Of a stretch of 64,000 bases of DNA, positions 1 through 8,704 are shown piece after piece (the stretch's first letter is position 1; every line of letters begins with the position of its first letter). The notes under the pieces are model-generated. The model did not search any database. It was given only the letters and a program-made list of their open reading frames with translations, and was not told the DNA's origin. The stretch is from an uncultured delta proteobacterium (lineage in GTDB: Bacteria; Desulfobacterota; Binatia; UBA9968), in contig CAVUVW010000021.1 in the NCBI GenBank assembly GCA_963745035.1, positions 352,001 to 416,000 on the forward strand, in the 5' to 3' direction. A program made the position numbers and the translations under genes.

Positions 1-647
1 AGTTTTGCGTTGACGCTGTTATGCTCCTGGGTGAGGCCGGTTGCGGTATCGCCGAGCCCGAACGAACGGCTACGGCTATAACCGTGGCCGCTCAAGATGT
101 GCAGGTTGACCGGCATGTCGAGATCCTGGGACGCCGCCCAGAACTTGTCATAATGCGGTGACGAAAACGGCAGCTCTGCCGGCGGCACCTGCCAGATGAC
201 CGAACCGCGCATGCCCGCTTTGCGGCAGCGCTCCAGTTCCTTCACGGCGCCGTCGATGTCGTACATCGACAACATGGCAATGCCGATCATCCGATCCGGC
301 GCGGCGCTGCAATAGTCGATCAGCCAGTCGTTATAAACCCGGCAGCAGGCCGCCTCCATCTCGCGGTCGTCGAGGCTCAAACATTTCAAGCCGTGGGTCG
401 GGTAAAGAACTTCCCCGCTGACGCCGTCGGCCGCCATCTCGGAAACGCGCTTGTTCTTTTCCTGCGCGCCGCCGGGAACGTCATTGGGCCTTTGCCCGCC
501 AAAATCGGGAGCGCGGTCTTTAAAGGCTTGCGGCATGTTTTTCTTCCAGAGCCCCGCCGGTTCGATGACGTGGGAGTCGGAGGAAATAAGAACTTCGTCA
601 ATGACAGCGTCGGTTTTTTTACCGTAGGTTCGTTCAATTATGCCCAT
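1..647 (-). CDS. amidohydrolase family protein (N-terminal part, runs off window edge)
   Basis: Not in ORF track. Hand translation from ATG 647 (AGGAG SD): MGIIERTYGKKTDAVIDEVLISSDSHVIEPAGLWK, with the DSH metal motif, then YPT, YNDW and PDR motifs of amidohydro_2 proteins. Confidence 0.85.
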   Translation of the reverse strand, partial: MGIIERTYGKKTDAVIDEVLISSDSHVIEPAGLWKKNMPQAFKDRAPDFGGQRPNDVPGGAQEKNKRVSEMAADGVSGEVLYPTHGLKCLSLDDREMEAACCRVYNDWLIDYCSAAPDRMIGIAMLSMYDIDGAVKELERCRKAGMRGSVIWQVPPAELPFSSPHYDKFWAASQDLDMPVNLHILSGHGYSRSRSFGLGDTATGLTQEHNSVNAK

Positions 648-714
648 TGCTTTGGCTCCTTTTCTTCTCGATGTAATAACGCAGATACCGTGAGCGGGGC
701 AAGAGGAGGGGAGG

Positions 715-746
715 AATGGATAATGGATAATTGAGAATCGACAATT
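715..746 (+). repeat. left arm of 32-bp inverted repeat; heptamer tandem repeat
   Basis: AATGGAT AATGGAT AATTGAG AATCGAC AATT; 30/32 identical to the reverse complement of 1210-1241. Confidence 0.95.
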
Positions 747-853
747 GGCCGGATTGACGGGCCGTGTTCGAACATCACGGCGGTGACGATGCTGCTGTTC
801 GGACGATTCTCTGCGTGATAAGAAGTTGGTTAAAAATTGATAGTGGATTAAGA

Positions 854-1211
854 ATGAAAAGAGAATATTGTCAAAGATAAGTCGTTTGCTTTTGCGCTCC
901 GGGTGGTGAAGTTGGCGAAGTATCTAGAGAGTGAGAAGAGGGAATTTGTCCTATCGCGACAGGTTCTTCGAAGTGGGACGGCGGTTGGCGCGTTGGTGAG
1001 AGAAGCAGAACACGCGGAAAGCAGAGCCGACTTTATTCACAAGATGAGCATTGCGTTGAAGGAAGCTAATGAAACGCTATATTGGTTGGATCTGCTGCAC
1101 CAGGGCGAATACATCGACGCTCAAACCTTCAAATCAATCGGATCCGACAGCGAAGAGCGAATCAAATTACTCACTGCCATAGTAAAGAGTTCGAAAGTCA
1201 CACGGCAGTAA
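854..1211 (+). CDS. four helix bundle protein (23S rRNA IVP / Avd-like family)
   Basis: (M)KENIVKDKSFAFALRVVKL...QVLRSGTAVGALVREAEHAESRADFIHKMSIALKEANETLYWL matches the family pattern. One extra A after ATG 854 (ATGAAAAGAG) shifts the frame, so the ORF track starts at 903. Confidence 0.9.
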
Positions 1212-1241
1212 TTATCCATTCTCAATTATCCATTATCCATT
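1210..1241 (-). repeat. right arm of 32-bp inverted repeat; heptamer tandem repeat
   Basis: Reverse complement reads AATGGAT AATGGAT AATTGAG AATGGAT AATT; overlaps the TAA stop (1209-1211) of the four-helix gene. Confidence 0.95.
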
Positions 1242-1242
1242 T

Positions 1243-1521
1243 TCATGAGGGCTGCAGCGGATTTTTGGAGTAGTCAGCACCGACCAAAGCGACTCCGCCG
1301 TTGCGCTCCGCGAGCTGCATGGCAAAAGCGACGGCCGCTTGGATATCTTCGACTTCAAGACAAGGATAATGCTCGATGATCCTTGCCGTTGACAGGCCCT
1401 GAGCCAAGGCATCGAGAATGATGGCAATATAAATGCGCGTGCCGCGAATGAAGGGTTTCCCTTGGCAAACCTGCGGGTCGACTATCACTCTTGCCAGCAA
1501 TTCCTGATCATTCATCGGCAT
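1243..1521 (-). CDS. DUF433 domain protein (putative antitoxin)
   Basis: DPQVCQGKPFIRGTRI...YPCLEVEDIQAAVAFA is the DUF433 pattern. Confidence 0.88.
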   Translation of the reverse strand: MPMNDQELLARVIVDPQVCQGKPFIRGTRIYIAIILDALAQGLSTARIIEHYPCLEVEDIQAAVAFAMQLAERNGGVALVGADYSKNPLQPS

Positions 1522-1600
1522 GCGGTTCGGCCGCCGGAGAAAATGACATCGTCATTACGGTCAATGATACAACGCCGCCGAAGGATTGGGCAACCCATTT

Positions 1601-2662
1601 TCACCGACGACGCTCCAGCAACGGCGCGGTGAGAGTGAAGATATATTGCGTGCCGACGTTGACGATTACGACCCGAAACAGGTGAAAAGCAACGACCAGC
1701 GGTACGCTGATTTTCAGCGCCTGGGCGGTGATCGTCATTTCGGCCAAGCCGCCCGGCGCCGTTGCAAGGACCATGGTGGCGACGGGCAGGCCGAAGGCCC
1801 ACGCCAGCGCAGCCCCGGCGAGAGCGGAAGCGACCAGGATGAAGCAAGAATTGAGGAGCGCGAACGGTATGAATAATTTGTAGCGAACGAAGAAGGCGCG
1901 CTCGTAGCGGGCGCCAAGCACCAGGCCGAACATGAGCTGCGCAAAATCGATGAGCGGGGACGGCACCGCAGAAAGCTGGATGCCGCTGACCGTCAGCCCC
2001 GCCCCCAGGAAAATCGGCACCAGCAGGCAGCCGTTGTGAAAATGCAATCGTTCGGAGATCTCGCCGAGCAGCCAGCCGACCGCCAGCCATGGAATCAGTA
2101 TGGAAAAATCAAGCGGCAGATTGGGCCGGTAGGCGGCAGCGACCAGGGGAAAGCCGCCGTAGGTGAGCGCGAAGGGAACGATGATGACGACGAGGGACAC
2201 CCGCAGGCTGTGGGCAACCGCGACGGGCGCGATCTGCGCGCCGTAGCGATCGGCGAGCACGGCCATGGCCATGGCGCCGCCCGGGATCGAGGCGAAGAAA
2301 GTCGATTTCCCGTCCACGCCCGACGCGCGGCTCAATGTCAACGCGCCGATGCCGCCGACCAGAAACACGGCGATCGTCGCGGCGATGATCGCCGGCAAGT
2401 TCGCGGCCAAGGCGGCCACGACCGGCGGGGTAAAATAGAGCGATACCGCCGAGCCCAAGATGACCTGTCCCATCTGCCGCGCCAAAGGCGGCGAGTGCAT
2501 GCTCACGCCGAGCAAATTGAGCGCGGCAACGGCGACCATCGGGCCGATCATCCACGGAATCGGCGTGGCGAGCAGGTCGAACAGATAGCCCGCCGGTACG
2601 CCGACGGCGAGCGCGCGCAGGATACCGGGCGCGCGGTGGCGCAGATGGGCGAGCTCACTCAT
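1601..2662 (-). CDS. AbrB-family membrane protein (putative ammonia-monooxygenase-like family)
   Basis: Hydrophobic 353 aa with internal duplication: PWMIGP, SIPGGAMAM and TAPGGLAEM motifs. Confidence 0.85.
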   Translation of the reverse strand: MSELAHLRHRAPGILRALAVGVPAGYLFDLLATPIPWMIGPMVAVAALNLLGVSMHSPPLARQMGQVILGSAVSLYFTPPVVAALAANLPAIIAATIAVFLVGGIGALTLSRASGVDGKSTFFASIPGGAMAMAVLADRYGAQIAPVAVAHSLRVSLVVIIVPFALTYGGFPLVAAAYRPNLPLDFSILIPWLAVGWLLGEISERLHFHNGCLLVPIFLGAGLTVSGIQLSAVPSPLIDFAQLMFGLVLGARYERAFFVRYKLFIPFALLNSCFILVASALAGAALAWAFGLPVATMVLATAPGGLAEMTITAQALKISVPLVVAFHLFRVVIVNVGTQYIFTLTAPLLERRR

Positions 2663-2987
2663 GAGATGGATCTGTCAGGCCGCGCGTGGCGGGAAATGGC
2701 GTGTTCTTTGGAGCTTTCTAAAAAATTTTTGCGCGAACGGATGAAACAGCCGCGGGCACAAGCTCATTTAGTTCCTACGTGCGCACTCTTGTCAACAAGG
2801 CGCTGTCGAGAGCGAGGAAATCGACCCGGATGAATCGAGAGAGCGCTGCCGGCGGCACCGACCGCGTGCGAGTATTCCAACGCGCTTTCGCCTGCGAAGA
2901 AGTGGAAAAATCGTCGGCGGATTCTTTCAGGCTGACGTGGCGGCACGGTAAACCTGGCTGCAGCGCGCAGCGAGCGCGCCTTCGCTT

Positions 2988-3983
2988 TCAAAACCTGCCT
3001 TCCTTCTCCATTCTGCGGACGGCGGCGTCGTCGATCAGCTCCTCGGCTTTCAGCCGGCGAATCTTCTCGTTGCTGGCGCCCAGCAGGCGGATGACGTTAC
3101 GGACGCCGTCCGCTGTCGGGTAAATTTTTCTCTCATAGAGATTGACCATGCTGCGATAGCCGTCCTCTGCCTCCTCAATGCGGCGAAAGCGCAACGCCTT
3201 GGCCAGGCTCTTCATGACCTGTGCCTTGTTTTCCGGATTGCGGATATACGCCGAGGCGTCCAGCAGCGCGCGCAGCACGTTATCAACGGTCGCGGCGGAG
3301 CCGGTGACGAAGTTGCGCCTGCCGATGAGGCCGGAGCCCTGGTAGGGTATCGGCAGCTTCTCGCTGTCGGCGAGCACGGTGAAGCCCTTGGACTCGAGCA
3401 TCTTACCAAAGGTGTATCCCAGAAATGCGGCGTCCACGGTGCCGCTCATGATCCCTTGCGCCATCACCGCTTGCTCGCCGAGGGTCCTGAACTGGATCTT
3501 GTCGCGCTCGGGCACGAGCCCCCAATAATCGAGCATCAACATCGCGAAGATCCAGCCGCCGCCGCTCAGACTGTTGACTCCGAGGCTTTTGCCTTTCAGA
3601 TCCATCGGCGTTTTCACGCGCGGGTTGGCGACGAACATGCCGGAGAGCCGGTTGATGAAGCCGGCGACGAAAACCAGATCGGCGCCCTCGGCGATGGCGC
3701 CGAGATTGGCGCCCGAAACCGAGCCCCAATGAAACTGAGTTTCTCCGGAGCTCAGCGCCGACATGGCGACCGGACCGTTGCGCACCTGCACGAAAGTGAG
3801 ATCGAGGCCGTGCTTGCGAAAGAATCCTTGATCTTGGGCGACGTAAAGCACTCCATCGCGCTCGCTCGCCGAGCCGGAGGTGATCGTCAGCTTGGCGAGC
3901 GGCGCCGCGGCGCGCGCCGGAGGCGCGGCGAGGCATACGAGGAGAAAAATGGCCGCCATGTGATTGGCCAGGCGAATGTTCAT
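2988..3983 (-). CDS. ABC transporter substrate-binding protein, NMT1/SsuA-like
   Basis: Signal peptide; YVAQDQGFFRKHGLD and DLKGK motifs. Confidence 0.85.
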   Translation of the reverse strand: MNIRLANHMAAIFLLVCLAAPPARAAAPLAKLTITSGSASERDGVLYVAQDQGFFRKHGLDLTFVQVRNGPVAMSALSSGETQFHWGSVSGANLGAIAEGADLVFVAGFINRLSGMFVANPRVKTPMDLKGKSLGVNSLSGGGWIFAMLMLDYWGLVPERDKIQFRTLGEQAVMAQGIMSGTVDAAFLGYTFGKMLESKGFTVLADSEKLPIPYQGSGLIGRRNFVTGSAATVDNVLRALLDASAYIRNPENKAQVMKSLAKALRFRRIEEAEDGYRSMVNLYERKIYPTADGVRNVIRLLGASNEKIRRLKAEELIDDAAVRRMEKEGRF

Positions 3984-4261
3984 GGAAAGCTCCTTGGACG
4001 GTCGAGGTCATTCATCCTGTATACGAGGTCGCGCGATTTTGCCAATGGGCAAGGAGCAGCAATGAATCCGAGATCCGCGGTCCAATGATTTGGCCCGTGA
4101 GGCGTTCCGCGTGTAAAGGGCAACGCATTCCGCCTCCGAGTTGCGAAGCGCGGCCTCTACGTTGAATTCGCTTGCAAAGAGCTTGGCTGTCCGAAGTAAG
4201 AGAGATACACTCCAAACAGTTTGCAACGGTCAACGTCAGACGTATAAGGCATACCCGACAG

Positions 4262-4921
4262 ATGTGTAGCACGATCCGGCTCGCGCCTTTCTTGCTGATT
4301 TTTCTCCTCAGCTCCTGTTCTTCGGTTTTTCTGAACGTGCCCACCGTGGCTGACGAGCAGGTGGAGCGTTACGTCAACGTCATCGCCCGCGAGATCGTCG
4401 CGGTTTCCGAGCACCGCGAGCTGTGGGCGAATTATCAAATTCGCCTGGCGGATTTCGCCCGCCGGGATATTCTCGGGTTGAGCATCGGCAATCAGCGGAT
4501 TTTTATCAGCTACGAGCTCGCCCGGCTGGCTTACCGCAACCGTGACTATCGCTGGTTGCTGCGCCATACCTTGGCGCACGAGATCGCGCACGACGTGCTC
4601 GGCGGCGACGCGGCGGCGCCGGAGCATGGGGGCAATCATGGCGCCGGACTCGCCAATCGTATCACCGGGCGTGACTTGGGCCTGTCGTCGTGGGTTACGT
4701 TTCGCCTGTACAGCCGCTCGACCGAACTCGCCGCGGACCGCAGGGCCATGGAGTATTGGCAAAAGCTCGGTTGGGATTGCAGCCATTGGGTGCGGCTCTT
4801 CGCGGATTTCGTCGAGCAAGGCTATGCCGGCGACGTCGATCACCCGACCCAAGAAAGACTGGAACAGGCCATACAGATTTGCTCCCAACAGAGTCTCGCC
4901 GGCGCCTTACCGCAGGAGTGA
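4262..4921 (+). CDS. M48-family metallopeptidase, probable lipoprotein
   Basis: HExxH (LAHEIAH), YSRSTELAAD, terminal HPT..ERL; LLSSC lipobox-like. Start chosen at ATG 4262. Confidence 0.8.
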   Translation: MCSTIRLAPFLLIFLLSSCSSVFLNVPTVADEQVERYVNVIAREIVAVSEHRELWANYQIRLADFARRDILGLSIGNQRIFISYELARLAYRNRDYRWLLRHTLAHEIAHDVLGGDAAAPEHGGNHGAGLANRITGRDLGLSSWVTFRLYSRSTELAADRRAMEYWQKLGWDCSHWVRLFADFVEQGYAGDVDHPTQERLEQAIQICSQQSLAGALPQE

Positions 4922-5028
4922 CACGCTGTCAGGACCGCGCCAATCCTCGCAGTCCAAGACGCGATCGTGACACGGCTTCATCCGGTCTGAATCAGCCAAC
5001 TGCCTGTTCTTTTTCAAATTAGGTCAAA

Positions 5029-5044
5029 TGGCATCGCCATTGCG
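5029..5044 (+). promoter_or_regulatory. sigma54-type -24/-12 promoter
   Basis: TGGCATCGCCATTGCG fits TGGCA(C)-N5-TTGC with exact GG-N10-GC spacing, 26 nt upstream of a small ORF. Confidence 0.6.
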
Positions 5045-5070
5045 TTGGTCTCGTTCGAGGGGACCCCGTT

Positions 5071-5199
5071 ATGCTTCAGGATGCCATCGCCATGCTGCTG
5101 ATCATAGTGATCGTGCCTTTGTGCGCGATTGTTATTCTGCGCGGTTTTGCCAAGACCAAAAGGCAGCGACGGCCCGTGCAGAATTTTCGTTTTAAATAA
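5071..5199 (+). CDS. small single-TM protein (42 aa), hypothetical
   Basis: MLQDAIAMLLIIVIVPLCAIVILRGFAKTKRQRRPVQNFRFK; GAGGGG SD; hydrophobic helix plus basic tail; below ORF-track cutoff. Confidence 0.6.
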   Translation: MLQDAIAMLLIIVIVPLCAIVILRGFAKTKRQRRPVQNFRFK

Positions 5200-5236
5200 A
5201 CCCTGCTTCAATTCCCTTGCGATCCCCCGTGAGCCG

Positions 5237-6340
5237 TCAGTTCTCGGCGACTCCGCGCATTCTTTTTTCCGGCACCCCGCGGCGCTCTAAAATCCGGCTG
5301 TAGCGCGACATCGGATAGCAAAACAAAAAATAACCTGCGGCGGCGAACAAGTAAGCCTCGACGCCGAAGCCGGTCCACGCCGGTTCCGAAAGCGATACTT
5401 TGATGGCCGTCAAAAAGTCGAACAGGCCGATGATGACGACCAGCGACGTATCCTTGAAAAATCCGATGAAGGTATTGACCAGCGGCGGAATCGCGATGCG
5501 CAGCGCCTGAGGCAGGATCACAAACCAGGTGCGCTGCCAATAACCGAGCCCGAGCGCCTGAGCGGCTTCGTCCTGATGGCGCGGGATCGCCTGCAAGCCG
5601 CCGCGCACCACTTCGGCAAGGTAGGCAGCGGCAAAAAAAATCATGGCGAGTTGCGCGCGCAGGAGCTTATCGATCGACACGCCGGCGGGTAAAAACAGTG
5701 GCAGCAGCACCGAGGCCATGAACAGCACGGACACCAGCGGTACGCCGCGGATGATCTCGATGTAGGCGATGGCGCACCAGCGGAGCACGGGCATATCGGA
5801 GCGGCGCGCGAGCGCGAGCAAGATTGCGAGGGGAAAAGCCAACGCGAGCCCGAAGGTGCTGAGCAGAAGAGTCAACGTGAGCCCGCCCCACCGCTCATTC
5901 TCGACGTAACTCATACCAAATACGCCGCCCCACATGAGCGCGCCGATGGCTGCCAGGCCTATGAACCAGCAGGCGGCAAGGCGCGGCCAGACAGCGAAGC
6001 GCAGTGCGGTCAACGTCCACAGGCCGATGAGGAGGACGATGACAGCCGCGGGGCGCCACTGCTCGGCGACGGGATAGGTGCCGAACAAGATGAAGCGATG
6101 CTTGTCGGCGATAAACGCCCAGCACGCCCCGTGAGCCGCCGCGTCGCGGCAGAGCCGTGGATTCTCCGGCGACCAAACCGCGTGAAACAGCGCCCACTGG
6201 ACAAGGTCTGGAACGAACTGCCAAGCGAGATAGAGGATCGCCAGCGTGGTCAGCGCGCTCAACCAACCGGAAAAGAAACGGGCGCGCAGCCATGAAAACA
6301 CCGATTGGCGCGCAGCCGGAGGCGCTAAGCTCTCGCTCAT
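5237..6340 (-). CDS. aapM: general L-amino acid ABC transporter permease (AapM/BztC-like)
   Basis: GACWAFI, WGGLTLTL, RGVPLVSVLFM, EAA loop, FKDTSL; ATG 6340 overlaps the upstream stop. Confidence 0.85.
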   Translation of the reverse strand: MSESLAPPAARQSVFSWLRARFFSGWLSALTTLAILYLAWQFVPDLVQWALFHAVWSPENPRLCRDAAAHGACWAFIADKHRFILFGTYPVAEQWRPAAVIVLLIGLWTLTALRFAVWPRLAACWFIGLAAIGALMWGGVFGMSYVENERWGGLTLTLLLSTFGLALAFPLAILLALARRSDMPVLRWCAIAYIEIIRGVPLVSVLFMASVLLPLFLPAGVSIDKLLRAQLAMIFFAAAYLAEVVRGGLQAIPRHQDEAAQALGLGYWQRTWFVILPQALRIAIPPLVNTFIGFFKDTSLVVIIGLFDFLTAIKVSLSEPAWTGFGVEAYLFAAAGYFLFCYPMSRYSRILERRGVPEKRMRGVAEN

Positions 6341-7486
6341 AAAGTGGCCCCGCGCAGCGCCACGCGCCGATTGTACCAATTCATCAAAGCGGCGATTGCC
6401 AGGCTGACAGTCAAATAAACCAGCATGATGATCACGAAACCCTCGATCGCCTGGCCGGTTTGATTGATCGTGGTGTTGGCGATGGAAACCAGATCGGGAT
6501 AGCCGATCGCCACAGCGAGGGAGCTGTTCTTGATGCAGTTCAAATACTGGCTGGTCACCGGCGGGACGATGATCCGCAGCGCCTGCGGCGCGACAATAAA
6601 GCGGAGAACCTGATGGCGGCCAAGTCCCAGCGCATAACCCGCTTCGATCTGCCCGCGCTCTACGGCGAGAAAGCCGGCGCGGAGGATCTCGCCGATGAAT
6701 GCCGCCGTGTAGAGCGACAGGCCGAGCAGGAGGGCGGCAAACTCAGGCGACAGCGAGGCGCCGCCGGCGAAGTCAAAGCCGGTCAGCCGCGGATATTCCA
6801 TTTCGAAGGGCGCCGATGAAATCACCGCGGCGAGAGCGCCGATCATGCCGACCGCCGTAAAGATGCGCGTGCCGGCGGCGCGGGTCGCCGCGCGTCGTTT
6901 GGCTCGCACCATGAAGAGCGCCAGCGCCGCGGCAACGAGCGTGCCCGCGAGCGCCAGCCACACCGGCCCGGAGCCGCGCAGTAGAAGTAAAGGAAAAGCC
7001 ACGCCGCGGTTGCTGACGAATATGCCCGGCGCGGGATTCCAGGCTTCGGCCGGTCCGGGAAAATTCTCGGTCAGCGCGGCGTACCAAAAAAACAGCTGCA
7101 CGATCAACGGCGTATTGCGGAAGACTTCGACGTAGCCGGCGGCGAGCTTTGCGAGCCAGCCAGTTGGGCGACAAGCGCGCCAAGCCGACCACGACGCCGA
7201 CGACGCTCGAAAAAACAATCGCCAATGCCGCGACGCGGAAGGTGTTGAGCACGCCGATCGCGAGCGCGCGCAGGTAAGTGTCGGCGGCGCTGTGGGAAAG
7301 AAACGTGGTCTCGCCGATGGCGAAACCGGACTCGCGCTCAAGAAAGCCGAAGCCGCTGGCGACGCCGAGGTCCCGGAGATTTTGCGCCGCCGTCGAAGCC
7401 AAATACCATACTGCGACAGAGATCGCGCCGAGCAGCGCGGCTTGGTAGAGAAGCGCGCTCGCGCGCCTGCCGGATCGAGCGAACAT
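6337..7486 (-). CDS. aapQ: general L-amino acid ABC transporter permease (AapQ/BztB-like), one frameshift near 7156
   Basis: GFGFL...GLARLSPNW joins LAKLAAGYVEVFRNTPL...KNSSLAVAIGYPDL after removing one extra G. Confidence 0.85.
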
Positions 7487-7511
7487 CGATCAGCGCGGAG
7501 AAGACGGCGGT

Positions 7512-8525
7512 TCAGCGCAGCGGCGGCGCGTACATGAGGCCGCCCTGGTTCCAGAGCTTGTTCAGGCCGCGGTCGACGCCCAGCGGCGTCAGATGGCGCT
7601 CAAAGCTCTCGCCGTAGTTGCCGACCTGTTTGATGATGTTGTGCGCCCAGCGCTTGTCGACGCCGAGGGCCTTGCCGAGCGCGCCGGTGGCTCCGGTGAA
7701 GCGCTGCACCACCGGGTTGGCGGCTTTTGCCTGCTGATCGATGTTCTTGGAGCTCAGTCCGAGCTCTTCGGCGTCGATCATCGCGAACAGCGACCACTTG
7801 ACCAGATCGAACCAGAGATCATCGCCGTGGCGCACCGCGGGGCCGAGGGGCTCCTTGGAGATCACCTCGGGCAGAATCACGTGCTCGGAGGCGTCGGCCG
7901 CGCGCGCCGCGCGCGCGGCGATCAACCCGGAAACGTCGGTGGTGTAGACGTCGCAGCGCCCGGCGAAGTAGGCCTTCAGCACCTCTTCCATTTTTTCGAT
8001 GACCACCGGTTTGAATTTCATGTTTTGGGCGCGAAAGTAGTCGGCCAGATTGAGCTCGGTGGTGGTGCCCGGCTGCACGCACACGGTCGCGCCGTTGAGC
8101 TGGGCGGCGCTTTTCACGTTGCGCTTTTTGCCGACCATGAAGCCCTGGCCGTCGTAGTAGTTCACGCCGGCGAAATTGATGCCCAGGCCGGCGTCGCGGG
8201 CGATCGTCCAGCTCGTATTGCGCGACAGGATGTCGACTTCGCCGGATTGCAGCGCGGTGAAGCGCTGCTGCGGATTGAGCGGGGTGTAGCGCACCTTGCG
8301 CGCATCGCCAAACAGCGCGGCGGCCACGGCGCGGCAAAGGTCAACGTCGAGGCCGCGCCACTCGCCGCTGCTGTCCGGCTGGGAAAATCCCGCCAGCCCC
8401 GTGCTTACGCCGCATTGGATGAAACCTTTCTTGGCAGTGGCTGCCGCCGTCCCTTGGGCGCGGAGATGAGTGGCGCTCAAAAACATCAACGCGAGCGCGC
8501 CTCCCCACAGAATTGTCTGGCTCAT
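7512..8525 (-). CDS. aapJ: general L-amino acid ABC transporter substrate-binding protein
   Basis: CGVSTGLAGFS, RFTALQSGEVDILSRNT, ISKEPLGPAVR, LMYAPPLR. Confidence 0.92.
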   Translation of the reverse strand: MSQTILWGGALALMFLSATHLRAQGTAAATAKKGFIQCGVSTGLAGFSQPDSSGEWRGLDVDLCRAVAAALFGDARKVRYTPLNPQQRFTALQSGEVDILSRNTSWTIARDAGLGINFAGVNYYDGQGFMVGKKRNVKSAAQLNGATVCVQPGTTTELNLADYFRAQNMKFKPVVIEKMEEVLKAYFAGRCDVYTTDVSGLIAARAARAADASEHVILPEVISKEPLGPAVRHGDDLWFDLVKWSLFAMIDAEELGLSSKNIDQQAKAANPVVQRFTGATGALGKALGVDKRWAHNIIKQVGNYGESFERHLTPLGVDRGLNKLWNQGGLMYAPPLR

Positions 8526-8595
8526 GATTGCCGTTGGTCCTCCTCTCGTTGAGAGGCAGTATATGCAGGTCGACGCGCAGCGGCAACGTGGCCCG

Positions 8596-8629
8596 CACGC
8601 AACACAACGTACGGAGGTTGTGATGCGTG
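8596..8629. repeat. intergenic hairpin (13-bp stem, 1 mismatch)
   Basis: CACGCAACACAAC-N8-GTTGTGATGCGTG; no U-tract, function unknown. Confidence 0.5.
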
Positions 8630-8704
8630 ATCCAAGGACGACGACGGCTGCAACGTGTGGACGATCAGGCGATGGTCAACGAGCAGGCAAGACGGTGTCG
8701 AGTC

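Noticed and set aside
393-734. 113-aa plus-strand ORF
   Set aside because: Antisense shadow of the amidohydrolase gene.
715-1241. CRISPR array, IS element or complete DGR
   Set aside because: No repeat-spacer structure, no transposase motifs, and no reverse transcriptase or TR/VR pair seen in the window.
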